Positions 13,201 to 23,663 of a stretch of 64,000 nucleotides of DNA are shown in pieces; the stretch's first letter is position 1; each line of letters begins with the position of its first letter. The notes under the pieces are model-generated. The model did not search any database. It saw nothing but the letters and a program-made list of their open reading frames with translations, and was not told the DNA's origin. Location: contig NC_043020.1 of the NCBI RefSeq assembly GCF_006345805.1, positions 2,852,001-2,916,000 on the forward strand, written 5' to 3'. The translations under genes and the position numbers were made by a program. This DNA comes from Octopus sinensis. Taxonomy: Eukaryota.

Positions 13201-16200
13201 CATCTATGTTGGTTGGGACACGTTCCCAGGATGGACAACAACGGACTCTCCGGACAAATCCTTCACTCCTCCCAACTATGCGAAGGGAAAAGAAACCATG
13301 GAAGACTGAGACTAAGATTCAAAGTAACTACAAAAAAAAAAAAAATGTGAAGTGGGAAGGAATTGATCCGAAATAAATGGCAAACTCAAATGGAAAACCG
13401 ACCAGAGTGGAGGAACTTTGTCAGGTCAAACCAAAGCCATGAACAACCATAGCTGCAAAGACTGACTGCAAATAATAAGTCCAGCTTGGAACACTGGATG
13501 AGATGCCTTTTAGTAACTGTCCTGGCTCTGTAGTCTGAGTTCAGCCTCCACCTAGGGCTAATCATTCTTCAGCCATGGGAACACTCCATCCAACCTACAA
13601 TTGGCCAGCAGAGACAGAAGAGGGTACAATCAACAGAGAAAAACCAGCAATGGCATGCTGAGCCGTTCCTCTTGTATTCTCATTAGAATTGTTTTGACAT
13701 CCACTTTTCTATGCTTGCATGCATTGGCCACAGTTTGTTGGGGTGGATTTTCTGTGGTTAGACACCCTTCCTGTCGAAAACCGTTACCTGTTTCCATGTA
13801 AAGTAATATTTCCCCATGGAAGACTGGAGATGAAGGACACTGCTTGTATGACAGTGATACTCATTTACAACTATCATGTGATGTCAAGGCACACACACAC
13901 ACTCGAACACATGCACAAGCACACACGAGATGAGCTCCTTTCAGTTTCTGTCTATCAAATCCATTCATAAGACTTTGCCTGGCCTGGGGCTATAGTAGAA
14001 AGCACTTGCCTAATTGCCCTACAGTGGGATTCAAACCAAGAACCATATGGTTGGGTAGCAAACTTCTTACCCCCACAGCCAAATCCCCACTAACTCCAGG
14101 CTTCCAGGTCCCTGAGTGCCCTGTACCAGCCCTTTATTCACTTCTGTTCTTCTGTACCTACCTTTGCATTTCAGTTCATCGTGGTTGACAATGTAACCCA
14201 CTCCACAACACTCAAAGGACCCGATGTGATTGAGGCAGCTGTCTGTTGAGTTACAGTTGTGTGTTTGGACGATGCATTCATCGATGTCTTCATTGGTGCA
14301 AATATAAAAAACACAAACAGACAAAACATTAGATAGTTAATTATAGGAAATCAACTATTCCGCAAGTAAAAAAAAAAAAAAGACAACCGGATGTATTAAT
14401 GTATCTAATACACTTAACATAAAAAATTGAATTAGAAATGATTATGTGGTAAGGAATAAAACAATGATCGTTGCCAGAGCGGCCAACTGGCCTCCGTGCT
14501 GGTGGCATGTAAAAGACACCATTCAAGCGTGATCTTTACCAGCGTCGCCTTACTGGCACCTGTGCCGGTGGCACGTGTAAAAAGTTTCGAGCAAGGTCAT
14601 TGCCAGTACTGCCTGACTGGCCCCATGCCAGTGGCACATAAAAAGCACCCACTACACTCTCGGAGTGGTTGGCGTTAGGAAGGGCATCCAGCTGTAGAAA
14701 CTCTGCCAGATCAGACTGGAGCCTGGTGCAGTCATCTGGTTCGCCAGCCCTCAGTCAAATCATCCAACCCATGCTAGCATGGAAAGCAAACGTTAAACGA
14801 TGATGATGATGATACATAATTATAACAAGGGCTTGGCTTGCGCCTCACCACGCACTGAAAAATAGACGTCAAAAGACACTATTGCCACCATAAATTCTCT
14901 GAGAAAAACATACTACACATAGGCCTATGTGTAGTGTGTTTTTCTTGGAAAATTTATGATGGCAATAGTGTCTTTTGACGTCTATTTTTCAGTGTGTGTT
15001 GAGGTGCAAGCCAAGCGCTTGTTATAATTATGTATATAATTATAAAATATTTATATCAATTTACCTATGAGCTTTTATTTTCATGCTGACCACTTGGTAA
15101 AACTCATTTATGATTTTACCCTTTATTATTATTATATATATATTTATATATATCAGTATATATCTATGTGTTTGTCCCCCATCTCTGCTTGACAACTGGT
15201 ATCGGTGTGTTTACATCCAAGTAACTTAGCAGTTCAGCAAAAGAGACCAGTCTTAAAAAAAAGTAGTACTGGGTTGATTAGTTCAACCAAAATCCCTCCC
15301 AGCATGGCTGCGGTCTAACGACTGAAACAAATAAAAGATAAAAGATGGACTATTTGTACATGACAAGCTGGAGCACTTCACCCATTTCCACTCACCTTCA
15401 CACGTCGATTCGACAATATTGAAGGCATAACCTGTCTTGCACTCACAACGGTTTGTTGTGACATTGTGTATGGTGTTTGGTGGACATGTGCAACTATTTG
15501 AGCCAGCGTCGAAGTTGGAACGTTCTGGGCATCCGGTGCTAACACTGCAGGAGAAGCTGCCAGGGGTGTTGATACATAATGTTCCTTGGGCACAGGGTCT
15601 TTCAGTCAGGCATTCGTTGATATCTGAAGAGACAAGAGAAACAACAAAGGCAATGATAATCAGAGTTACAAATGAAAGGCAACGACTGAATGACTGTCAG
15701 ATTATTTAAATCTAAGTTAATGATTGACATAATACACAAACACACACACACACGAACACATATATAATATAATACAACACAATACAATGTCATATAATAC
15801 GATATTATATATATATTTATATATATATAGTACAAAGTAAGATAGGGGTTATGTATGTAACCCACTATGGGATAGCATTTATCCAATATACTGTTGGTAA
15901 AGTACCCAGATTCTTAATACATAAATGTTTTTAATTGCAATGCAATTAACTCATTTATTGTATAAAATGGGTGAAGGTAAAGAAAGATTTTTACCATAAA
16001 TTTATAATACAAATAAGAAAATGGAGAAACAAATTCAGTTTGTTCATCAACTTACAGATATTATAATGTTTTATCATCATCATCATCATCATCATTTAGC
16101 GTCCGTTCTCCATGCTAGCATGGGTTGGACGGTTCAACTGGGGTCTGTGAAGCTGGAAGGCCTTCATCAGGCCCAGTCAGATCTGGCAGTGTTTCTACGG

Positions 16201-19200
16201 CTGGATGCCCTTCCTAACGCCAACCACTCCGTGAGTGTAGTGGGTGCTTTTTACGTGCTACCCGCACAGGTGCCAGACAGAGCTGGCAAACGGCCACGAA
16301 CGGATGGTGCTTTTACATGTCACCGGCACGGGGGCCAGGCGAGGCTGGCAACGGACGCGAACGGATGGTGCTTTTACATGCCACCGACACGGGGGCCAGA
16401 CAGGGCTGGCAAACGGCCACGAACGGATGGTGCATTGTTTTTGTCTAGGGACATTCATTACGCCAGCATTAATTACTGGTTCAATTCCACTCCTTTATGA
16501 ATTAGTCAATTAGTTAAATTAAACAGTTAGTGTTTCTTGGCACATAAAAAGCACCATTCGGGTGTTGCTATTGGTGGCACATAAAAAGCACCATTTGTGC
16601 GTGATTGATACCAGTGTCACTTGACTTGCTTCCGTGCCGGTGGCACATAAAAAGCACCCACTACATTCTCAGAGTGGTTGGCATTAGGAAGGGCATCCAG
16701 CTGTAGAAACCTTGCTAGATCAGACTGGAGCCTGGTGCAGCCTCCTGGCTTGCCAGTCACCAGTCGAACCGTCCAACCCATAGCAGCAGGGAAAGTGGAC
16801 GTTAAACGATGATGTTGATGATGATCAAAGTCTGTTTGCAACTTTTTCAGAGACTGAAATAAAGTGTCTTGTTCAAGGGCACAATGTCGCTGCCAGGAAA
16901 TGAACTCACAACCTAATGATAATGAGCCAAGTATCCTAACCACTTAGCCATGTGCCTTCACTGTAATTTGTGTGTATGTCAACCCCTGCTGCACATACGG
17001 ACCCATACCGAATATACCCATACGTCTATACGTACCGGTGCATGTCTTTCCATCTGGATTGATTTCGTAGCCCTTGTGACAGGAACACCGAACTGAATTG
17101 TGGGTGGCAAAGCACAGCTGCTCACAGGGATTATTTGGGAAGCAATGAGAGGAGTCTGGCAAATCTGAAATAAATAACATAAAAAATAAAAGAGGCAAAA
17201 AAATAAAAATTATAGTAATAATTTCTAAAAGAGGTGATACTTTATTGGTGTCCCCCCCCCTCCAAAAAAAAAAGACAATGAGCTGGTAGAACTGTTAGCA
17301 TGTTGAACAAAATGCTTTTTGTCCATCTCTACATTCTGAGTTCAAATTCCACTGAAGTTGGCTTTGTTTTTGTTTTTTTTGTGTGTGTGTGTGTGTGTGG
17401 GGGGGCTCAATAAAACAAGTGCCATTTGAACATGGGCTGATGTCAACAATTAACCCCCTCCCCTCAAAATTTCAGGCCTTGAGCCTATTTGTAGAAAGGA
17501 TTTTATTGTCCCCTGCAGATTTAAACTCAGGAAGGGGATATTATAATGCACTTCCTACACCATTCTACTAATTCCGTCAATCCAACACCTGAATAATAAT
17601 AATAATAATAGTTTCAAATTTTGGCACAAGGCCAGCAATTTGGAGGGGAATGGGTAAGTCAATTGCATCGACCCCCAGCATTCAACTCGTTCTTATTTTC
17701 TCAATCCCGAAGGGATGAAAGGCAAAGTCGACCTTGGCAGAATTTGAACTCAGAATGTAAACATGGTAATTACCCTGTTGAAATGCCAGGCAGTGGCTCT
17801 CATGGCTTCTCATTTGAAGTGATTGGAAGTGCTGTCATGTACATAGTTTTGTCTTGGTATAAAAGATGGGCTACAGCAAATATTCTGCTCAATACCACAG
17901 ATATGCTTGTCAGTTGTTTGACCGTAACCAGTTGAGACTGATAGAATAAGTACTAGGCTTACATAGAACAAGTCCTGGGGTCGATTTCTTTGACTAAAAC
18001 CCTTTGAGGTGGTGCTCCAGCATGACCACAGTCATATGACTGAAGCCCATGAGAGGATAAAAGTAAAAGAATAAAATGTGATCCCTTGACATGTCAGGTG
18101 GGGGTGTGTGGTGGATGAATGGTAAATTTATTGAGCTTGAAAGGATGAAAGGCAAAGTCACCCTCGGCAGCATTCGAACCCAGAAGGCAAAAATGGAAGA
18201 AGGGCTGCAAATTGTTTTGCCAGACATGCTAATGATTCTGGCAGCTTGTCATCTTAGAAATACCCCATATGAAGAAAGTACAGCATGACCCAGAATTAAC
18301 TACCTTTTTCAATGAAATCGGGCAAATTTTTTTAAAAACCTGACAGAATTTGATGTTTATTACTTAATTATGAAACGAAAACAAATGGATTTATAAATCT
18401 TGTGTCAAAACTTCATTCAAAATTTCCAACATGTGCTCTGTCTGAATCCTTGCAAATTTCAAATTTATCTTTAGCATTGTGAAACACATTTTGAAATATT
18501 CTTGCACTGCAAACTGAATGCATTCTTTAAGTTCAGCCAAACTATTGCTCCAGCCTGGGGATGGAGGGAGAGAAAATGATTGCAGCCAAATCGATTAAAA
18601 AAAAAAAGCTGTCACAGACAGATAAGCAGAATCCAACAGGAATGTAAATTAAATTATAAAAAAAAAACAAAATTATAAAAATTATAAAATTATAAGCAAA
18701 ATAAAAATCTATAGACTTTTAACACATGATAAACCAATAAAAATGAGTTTTAAAAAAGAATTCAGTTTTCACTGAAATAAATTGTTAATTCTGGGATACC
18801 CTGTATATAGACAACATACCCTTTCTCCGTGCCTTTTCAGCATTGCAGCATTCTTCAAATATTTGGTCACATGGGTTGCCATAGTTTGTCAAGTCACATC
18901 TCATCTGTGTTTTGGCAGCTCCCCTTCCCAGACGACAACACTGACAGCATTGCTGAAACAAAGAAAATTCTACAGATGATATGAGTGTATTTCAAGGGAG
19001 AGACTGCAGGGTAGACTTTAACGAAACTCATCTTTTCCTATGTCCAGTCAGTGTTATACTTGGGGATGGTCATCTTTTTGCCAGCTAAACACACACACAC
19101 ACTATATACTTGCTCTTCATTTCAGCTTTATTACTATTATTTTAGCTTTTGTCAAAGTTCTTTCATCACACACTTTGTGACCTCTTCCGCAACTCTCTAT

Positions 19201-21216
19201 CACATGTGTCTCCTCCTGTCCTGTTTGGTCCTTTTTGTTTTTCAATGGTGTGTATCCCTATCTGTGTTTATGTGCATCTCTGTGCATGTATATAGGTTTG
19301 TTTTTTACACTGTTTGTACCTGTGTCTTTTATTTATTTTTGTTGTTTTCCAATTAGCCTGACCCTTTCCCCACCTTGGACAAATTGCCAGGTACAGGCAT
19401 GGCTGCGTGCATTAAGAAGTTTGTTTCTCTGTTGTGTGGTTTCAGGTTCAGTCCAGCTGTGTGAATACCTTCTAATATAACCCTGGGTTAACCAAAGCCT
19501 CATGAGTGGACACAGTAGACAGAAACTGAAAGTCTCCCATCATAATTTCGTGTTTGTGTGTGAGTATGTATTTGTGTCTCCTTGTCTTGACTTTGCATGA
19601 TAATTGTAAACGAGTGTTGATGAGTATCACACAAGCCGTGTTGTTAATCTTCAATGTTCGACAAAAGCTTGCCTAATGATGGAGAAATATAATTGAACTT
19701 GGCCTGGATGTTAAAATGATAACGATGATGATGATGATATATATCCCATCTTCATTTGCCCCCCTCCTCTTCACTGCACCGTGCAACTCATCAAACCTCA
19801 AACACTGACTATCACTTGTCCTCTCTCTCTCTTTTAACAACAAAGCTCTTGCTTCTGTTCTCTCTCCCCCAACACAATGCTTGAATAACGAAGGGTTGCA
19901 ATCAGATCTATCAATACCCGATGCTGTCCTCACTTTGCCCTTCTCTGCTCTTTTCCATTACTTCACCTCTTTTTCGCTACTTTTTTACAAACATATGTCA
20001 TTCTCTTTCCAACAGCCTTGCTCTTCATTATCAGCTGATATTATTTCTAATTTTGGCACAAGGCCAGCAATTTTGAGATGAGTGGGTAGTGGGGTGTCAT
20101 TCAATCACACTGACTCAGTGCTCAACTGCAGCTTTTTTTTATTGACGCTAAGCATTTCGCCCGGCGTGCTAGCGTTTAATCCAAAATGCTTTTGAATGTC
20201 GTAGCAGACCCCTTCAGCAACATCTTTTAATCACCAAGTGTCGAAGTGCATCCCTTGACCAAGTTTGCATCCCTTGAGTCTGATAACCTCATAAGACTTG
20301 GAAGGCAGCTCCTTAAGCAACATTCCTGGTCTGATAACATTAAATACATGCCCAAAGAAGTTACAACGTATCCTCAGATGAAAGGATGATCCCATATGAG
20401 CAGAAAACTATGCACGGAGATGTTAGTAGAAAGCTCGGAGATGTTAGTAGAAAGCTCGGAGATGTTAGTAACATTGATCATCAAAGCAGTTTATCATGGA
20501 CCAATAGCCAGATAACTACCACCCACTCTGAAGGGTATGCGTTTGCAATCCAGGAACAGGAAATATCAACCAAGTACCTGGGATGGAGATGCAGGAGAAG
20601 CAGTCAAATGTGACAACCGATGCAGACTTTGTGGAGTTAACACCGAAGATATCAGCCACGTCATAAGCAGTTGTCTGAAAATGTCATCTTGGGATTAACT
20701 ACCGATGAGACATGATGTTCTAGCTAGGACACTGCATAATGGGATCCGTCGAAAGGATAATCCCGAGGACAAAGAAATAAGAGCCCACAGTATGATAGAA
20801 GCCATAGCCACTAATAGTGGTACTGGTGGAATGTCCCAGTGAAGATCTCAATAAAATGTAAGCACAACAGACCTGACGTAATGATTTGGGATAGAGAAGA
20901 GAAACTGTGTATAGAGAGGTAGGGAGATGAATTTGTAAAAGGAGAGAATAGAATGGACTTACTGTGTATTGTTCGGCTCCATAACTGTTCACGTTGACAT
21001 GACACACTTGTTTCTTCTCAGCGTCAGAACGACCCTTCTGGCACTGATTATAGTGAACCTCCTTCATGCAACAGATCTCCACAATCACTCGACAGTACAT
21101 CTCATCTTCCACTGTCATGTTCTGTAAAAGTCCTGTGAAGTGGTGACATTTGCCATCCTTCTTGGCATAATTGCTGCCAATTTCACAACAATGGTTTTGG
21201 ATATCCAGCAGGGAAC
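1545..21216 (-). CDS. FBLN1: Fibulin-1/2-like ECM glycoprotein, spliced partial CDS (3 anaphylatoxin-like + EGF + 9 cbEGF modules; N- and C-termini outside the identified exons)
   Basis: join(20963-21216, 18820-18952, 17036-17164, 15396-15623, 14162-14287, 12874-13011, 11679-11876, 9369-9509, 4700-4825, 3503-3631, 2175-2294, 1545-1667) = 1845 nt with no stop. Every junction is AG/GT with compatible phases. AT-AT-AT followed by tandem D-I-[DN]-E-C cbEGFs, with extended C4-C5 linkers ([20 protein letters not shown]), is the fibulin-1/2 architecture. The symbol is by domain similarity; it could be a co-ortholog of FBLN1 and FBLN2. Confidence 0.9.
2175..2294 (-). CDS. FBLN1: Fibulin exon: cbEGF (not in the ORF track)
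   Basis: gcatag|AT ATT AAT GAA TGT ... TGC CAA G|gtttgt, 120 nt. [40 protein letters not shown]. Confidence 0.92.
2800..3260 (-). mobile_element. Two 3'-terminal fragments of REL-endonuclease non-LTR retrotransposons (R4/Dong-like) around an (ATT)n tract
   Basis: Minus strand reads [20 protein letters not shown] (about 2880-2970) and [10 protein letters not shown]...[18 protein letters not shown] (about 3141-3260), both typical REL C-terminal motifs. Confidence 0.65.
3503..3631 (-). CDS. FBLN1: Fibulin exon: cbEGF
   Basis: ttgcag|AC ATC AAC GAA TGT ... TGC AGA G|gtaagg, 129 nt. [43 protein letters not shown]. Confidence 0.93.
4360..4583. mobile_element. piggyBac-type MITE (TTAA flanks)
   Basis: TTAA|CCCTTTAATG...TCTGAATGCTAAAGAA|TTAA. 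A second copy lies in opposite orientation at 21808-22061 (TTAA|CCAATTAGCATTCAGA...AAATGG|TTAA). Confidence 0.65.
4700..4825 (-). CDS. FBLN1: Fibulin exon: cbEGF
   Basis: tttcag|AC ATT GAT GAA TGC ... TGT GAA G|gtttac, 126 nt. [42 protein letters not shown]. Confidence 0.9.
4960..5945 (+). mobile_element. Penelope-like element 3' part: GIY-YIG endonuclease remnant plus 3' terminal region with a decayed hammerhead
   Basis: [12 protein letters not shown]...VYKCTV...[13 protein letters not shown]...SF...[11 protein letters not shown]...(*)SII...KPY...KCCLCSKE...IN is the PLE GIY-YIG C-terminal region, with one in-frame stop. 5757-5940 is homologous to 30875-31060. Confidence 0.8.
6300..6470 (+). 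mobile_element. CR1/L2-type LINE 3' end
   Basis: Translates [19 protein letters not shown], matching the FF..RV...WN.LP..VV C-terminal motif of the CR1 group. Confidence 0.6.
7280..7480. mobile_element. hAT-type MITE
   Basis: TIRs CAGTGGTTTTCAAC / GTTTGAAAAGCACTG; exact 8-bp TSD GTTTACAT at 7272-7279 and 7481-7488. Confidence 0.85.
7669..9283. mobile_element. Non-autonomous foldback DNA transposon with long TIRs and 8-bp TSD (Merlin-like?)
   Basis: TSD CAAATATT at 7661-7668 and 9284-9291; termini GGTTAATATAGGGCGTAAC. Left arm about 7669-8290 and right arm about 8965-9283 are reverse complements. The left arm carries 3 tandem ~150-bp units. Confidence 0.85.
9369..9509 (-). CDS. FBLN1: Fibulin exon: cbEGF
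   Basis: ttgtag|AT ATC AAC GAA TGC ... TGT CGA G|gtattc, 141 nt. [47 protein letters not shown]. Confidence 0.92.
9719..9880. mobile_element. Hairpin-bearing short element inserted in (TA)n
   Basis: GCAGCAGAAATTCAACAAAACCTGTTAC-tccgt-GTAACAGGTTTTGTTGAATTTCTGCTGC plus a conserved ~70-bp tail. Relatives at 23320-23540 and 40250-40440. Confidence 0.7.
9990..10320 (-). mobile_element. RTE-type LINE 3' fragment
   Basis: Minus strand reads [23 protein letters not shown] related plus-strand fragment at about 28660-28980 reads LDGCYT..L.MALNVKWQQ.MTN..L..D.PKVSEKIKQR. Confidence 0.65.
11679..11876 (-). CDS. FBLN1: Fibulin exon: cbEGF with one extra C-terminal loop (8 Cys)
   Basis: ttccag|AT ATC GAT GAA TGT ... 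TGC GTT G|gtgagg, 198 nt. [66 protein letters not shown]. Confidence 0.9.
12874..13011 (-). CDS. FBLN1: Fibulin exon: cbEGF
   Basis: tttcag|AC ATT AAT GAG TGT ... TGT AAA G|gtgagt, 138 nt. [46 protein letters not shown]. Confidence 0.93.
14162..14287 (-). CDS. FBLN1: Fibulin exon: cbEGF with adjacent C4-C5
   Basis: atgaag|AC ATC GAT GAA TGC ... TGC AAA G|gtaggt, 126 nt. [42 protein letters not shown]. Confidence 0.88.
14460..14811 (+). mobile_element. SINE-like family C with (GAT)n tail and variable internal GTGCCnnnGGCAC repeats (exemplar)
   Basis: Core AAAAGCACCCACTACACTC..GGAGTGGTTGGCGTTAGGAAGGGCATCCAGCTGTAGAAAC...CCATGCTAGCATGGAAA..ACGTTAAACGATGATG. Copies at about 12095-12390(-), 16078-16440(-), 16540-16820(+), 22400-22740(-), 29850-30210(-), 39560-39970(+), 41365-41630(-), 48200-48860(+), 53705-53965(+), 55695-55900(+), 63065-63210(+). 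The (GAT)n tail suggests RTE-mediated mobilisation (inference). Confidence 0.85.
14812..15035. repeat. 224-bp near-perfect palindrome (foldback MITE-like) with no loop
   Basis: Centre AGG|CCT at 14923/14924. Arms ATACATAATTATAACAAG...GACGTCAAAAGACACTATTGCCA...CTACACATAGG match their reverse complement with few mismatches. Confidence 0.9.
15396..15623 (-). CDS. FBLN1: Fibulin exon: cbEGF with two extra C-terminal disulfide loops (10 Cys)
   Basis: cttcag|AT ATC AAC GAA TGC ... TGT GAA G|gtgagt, 228 nt. [76 protein letters not shown]. Confidence 0.9.
17036..17164 (-). CDS. FBLN1: Fibulin exon: EGF1 (non-calcium-binding)
   Basis: tttcag|AT TTG ... TGC ACC G|gtacgt, 129 nt. [43 protein letters not shown]. 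Confidence 0.92.
18820..18952 (-). CDS. FBLN1: Fibulin exon: anaphylatoxin-like domain 3 (not in the ORF track)
   Basis: tttgtttcag|CAA TGC TGT CAG TGT TGT ... AGA AAG G|gtatgt, phase 0 to 1, 133 nt. Encodes [44 protein letters not shown] and restores the frame exactly between its neighbours. Confidence 0.93.
20190..20910 (+). mobile_element. REL-type non-LTR retrotransposon fragment (CCHC knuckle plus start of the PD-(D/E)xK nuclease)
   Basis: [16 protein letters not shown]...CRLCG...[10 protein letters not shown]...RHD.L...H...YWWNVP...[11 protein letters not shown], with frameshifts and stops. It contains a tandem repeat of the 21-bp unit GGAGATGTTAGTAGAAAGCTC (two full copies and a partial third) at about 20415-20470. 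Confidence 0.8.
20963..21216 (-). CDS. FBLN1: Fibulin exon: anaphylatoxin-like domains 1-2
   Basis: tttgttttag|GT TCC ... TAC ACA|gtaagt, phase 1 to 0, 254 nt. Encodes (G)[13 protein letters not shown]...CHHF...CRVIVEICC...CQKG...CHV...EQYT. Confidence 0.92.
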
Positions 21217-23274
21217 CTAAAACAAACAGAATTTTTATAAAACTTTCACTTTTCTGTTTTATCATTCTCGTTTATTAATTTAAAAAAAAAATCATTTGTG
21301 CCATTAGTGACAAACGAGATACATTAGTAGATTTAATTAGTTTCCTGGTTTAACCATATGCGCAGGAGTGGCTGTGTGGTAAGTAGCTTGCTAACATACC
21401 ACATGGTTCCGGGTTCATTCCCACTGCATGGCACCTTGAGCAAGTGTCTTCTACTATAGCCTCGGGCCGATCAAAGCCTTGTGAGTGGATTTGGTAGACG
21501 GAAACTGAAAGAAGCCTGTCATATATATATCTATATATATGTATGCTCATGTGTGTCTGTGTTTGTCCCCTAGCATTGCTTACAACCGATGCTGGTGTGT
21601 TTATGTCCCTGTTACTTAGCGGTTCGGCAAAAGAGACTGATAGAATAAGTACTGGGCTTACAAAAGAATAAGTCCCGGGGTCAAGTTGCTCGATTAAAGT
21701 CGGTGCTCCAGCATGGCCGCAGTCAAATGACTGAAACAAGTAAAAGAGTAAAAGAGTAATATGGATATCAACCCATCCAAGACCATATATGGTATAAACT
21801 TCCTGTTTTAACCAATTAGCATTCAGATTAGTTTGTTAAAGGTGATGCATATTCATTAACATTGTTTTTAATCAATCATTCATTATCATTTATTAATTAA
21901 TCATTCATTATCTCACAGCTTTGAGATTTTTGATGATGTGGTTGTATATTTTTAGAATGGCATTGAAGGGTAGGTGTGATAGGTTGGATCTCGCTGGTTA
22001 GAACTTAAAACAAGTAGCATATTTCAGCTGGATATAACTGGTTTAAATGATAAATGGTTAAAGCAATTTAAATTAAAACTTTCCACCAAAATTTTATGTT
22101 AATTTAGGAGGGGCTGTGTGGTTTTTTTTTTAAAAAAACAACATACCAGTGTTCCCTTCATCCCAGATGCAGTAATCACATTTGGTTGAAATGTCTTATT
22201 GATGAATTTTGTTTCTCTTATGAGAAGATTGCATTGTTTTTACATCATTTTATTCCTTCTGGAATAATACTAAAGTTGTCTTCGAAACATATGTTGGAAG
22301 TATAGAGATTTGAATAACACCTGCGTTTAGCCCCATTTATTTATTTATCTATATCTATCTATCTATCTATCTGTCTGTCTGTCTGTCTATCTATATATCA
22401 TCATCATCATCGTTTAACATCCGCTTTCTATGCTACCATGAGTTGGGACGATTTTGACTCAGGGCTGGTGAACCAGATGGTTGCACCAGGCTCCAATCTT
22501 GATTTGGCAGAGTTTCTACAGCTTGATGCCCTTCCTAACGCCAACCACTCCGAGGGTGTAGTGGGTGCTTTTTATGTGCCACCGGCATGGGGGACAGTCA
22601 GGCGGTACTGGCAATGACCTCGCTTGAATCTTTTTGCACATACCACCGGCACAGGTGCCAGTAAGGCGACGTTAGTAATGATCACACTCGAATGGTGCCC
22701 TTTTACGTGCCACGGCACGGGGGCCAATCAGGCGGTACTGGTAATGACCTCATATATATATATACACATATATACATGCATAAAATAATTAAGGTTGCTA
22801 GACACAATTTAAAACCAAATGGAAACAATTCACTCTTTAGCTACCTTAATTATTTTATAATTTTCACATTACCATTTTGCGGAATCAGCCACTGATTCTT
22901 ATAGTATTTTCTATAATACTGACAGGTGAAAATTCAGCTTCACCACCAGCAATGGAGTAAGCATTACTGATGAGCAATAATCGTTATACAAAATTAGCTT
23001 GTGGTGGGGAGATTGTCTCCCCTCTCAGTTCAAATAGAACTTGTGCTTTCTATGGTTAAAGAGTCCATAACTCTTATTTCTAGCAATGATGGTGCTACCT
23101 GCACCCTTGGTCACAGTGAATTACACTCACACACACAGACGTAAATATACACCTCTAGAATAAGTACTAGGCTCAAGAAATAAGTCCTGGGGGTCGATTT
23201 GTTTCAACTAAAATCCTTCAAGGCAGTGCTCCAGCATGGCCACAGTCAAATGACTGGAACAAGTAAAAGAATAA

Positions 23275-23663
<389 letters not shown>

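Noticed and set aside
13100-13290. GC-richer stretch after a good minus-strand acceptor (cgcatag) as an extra fibulin exon
   Set aside because: All three frames hit a stop before any donor, and there is no EGF pattern.
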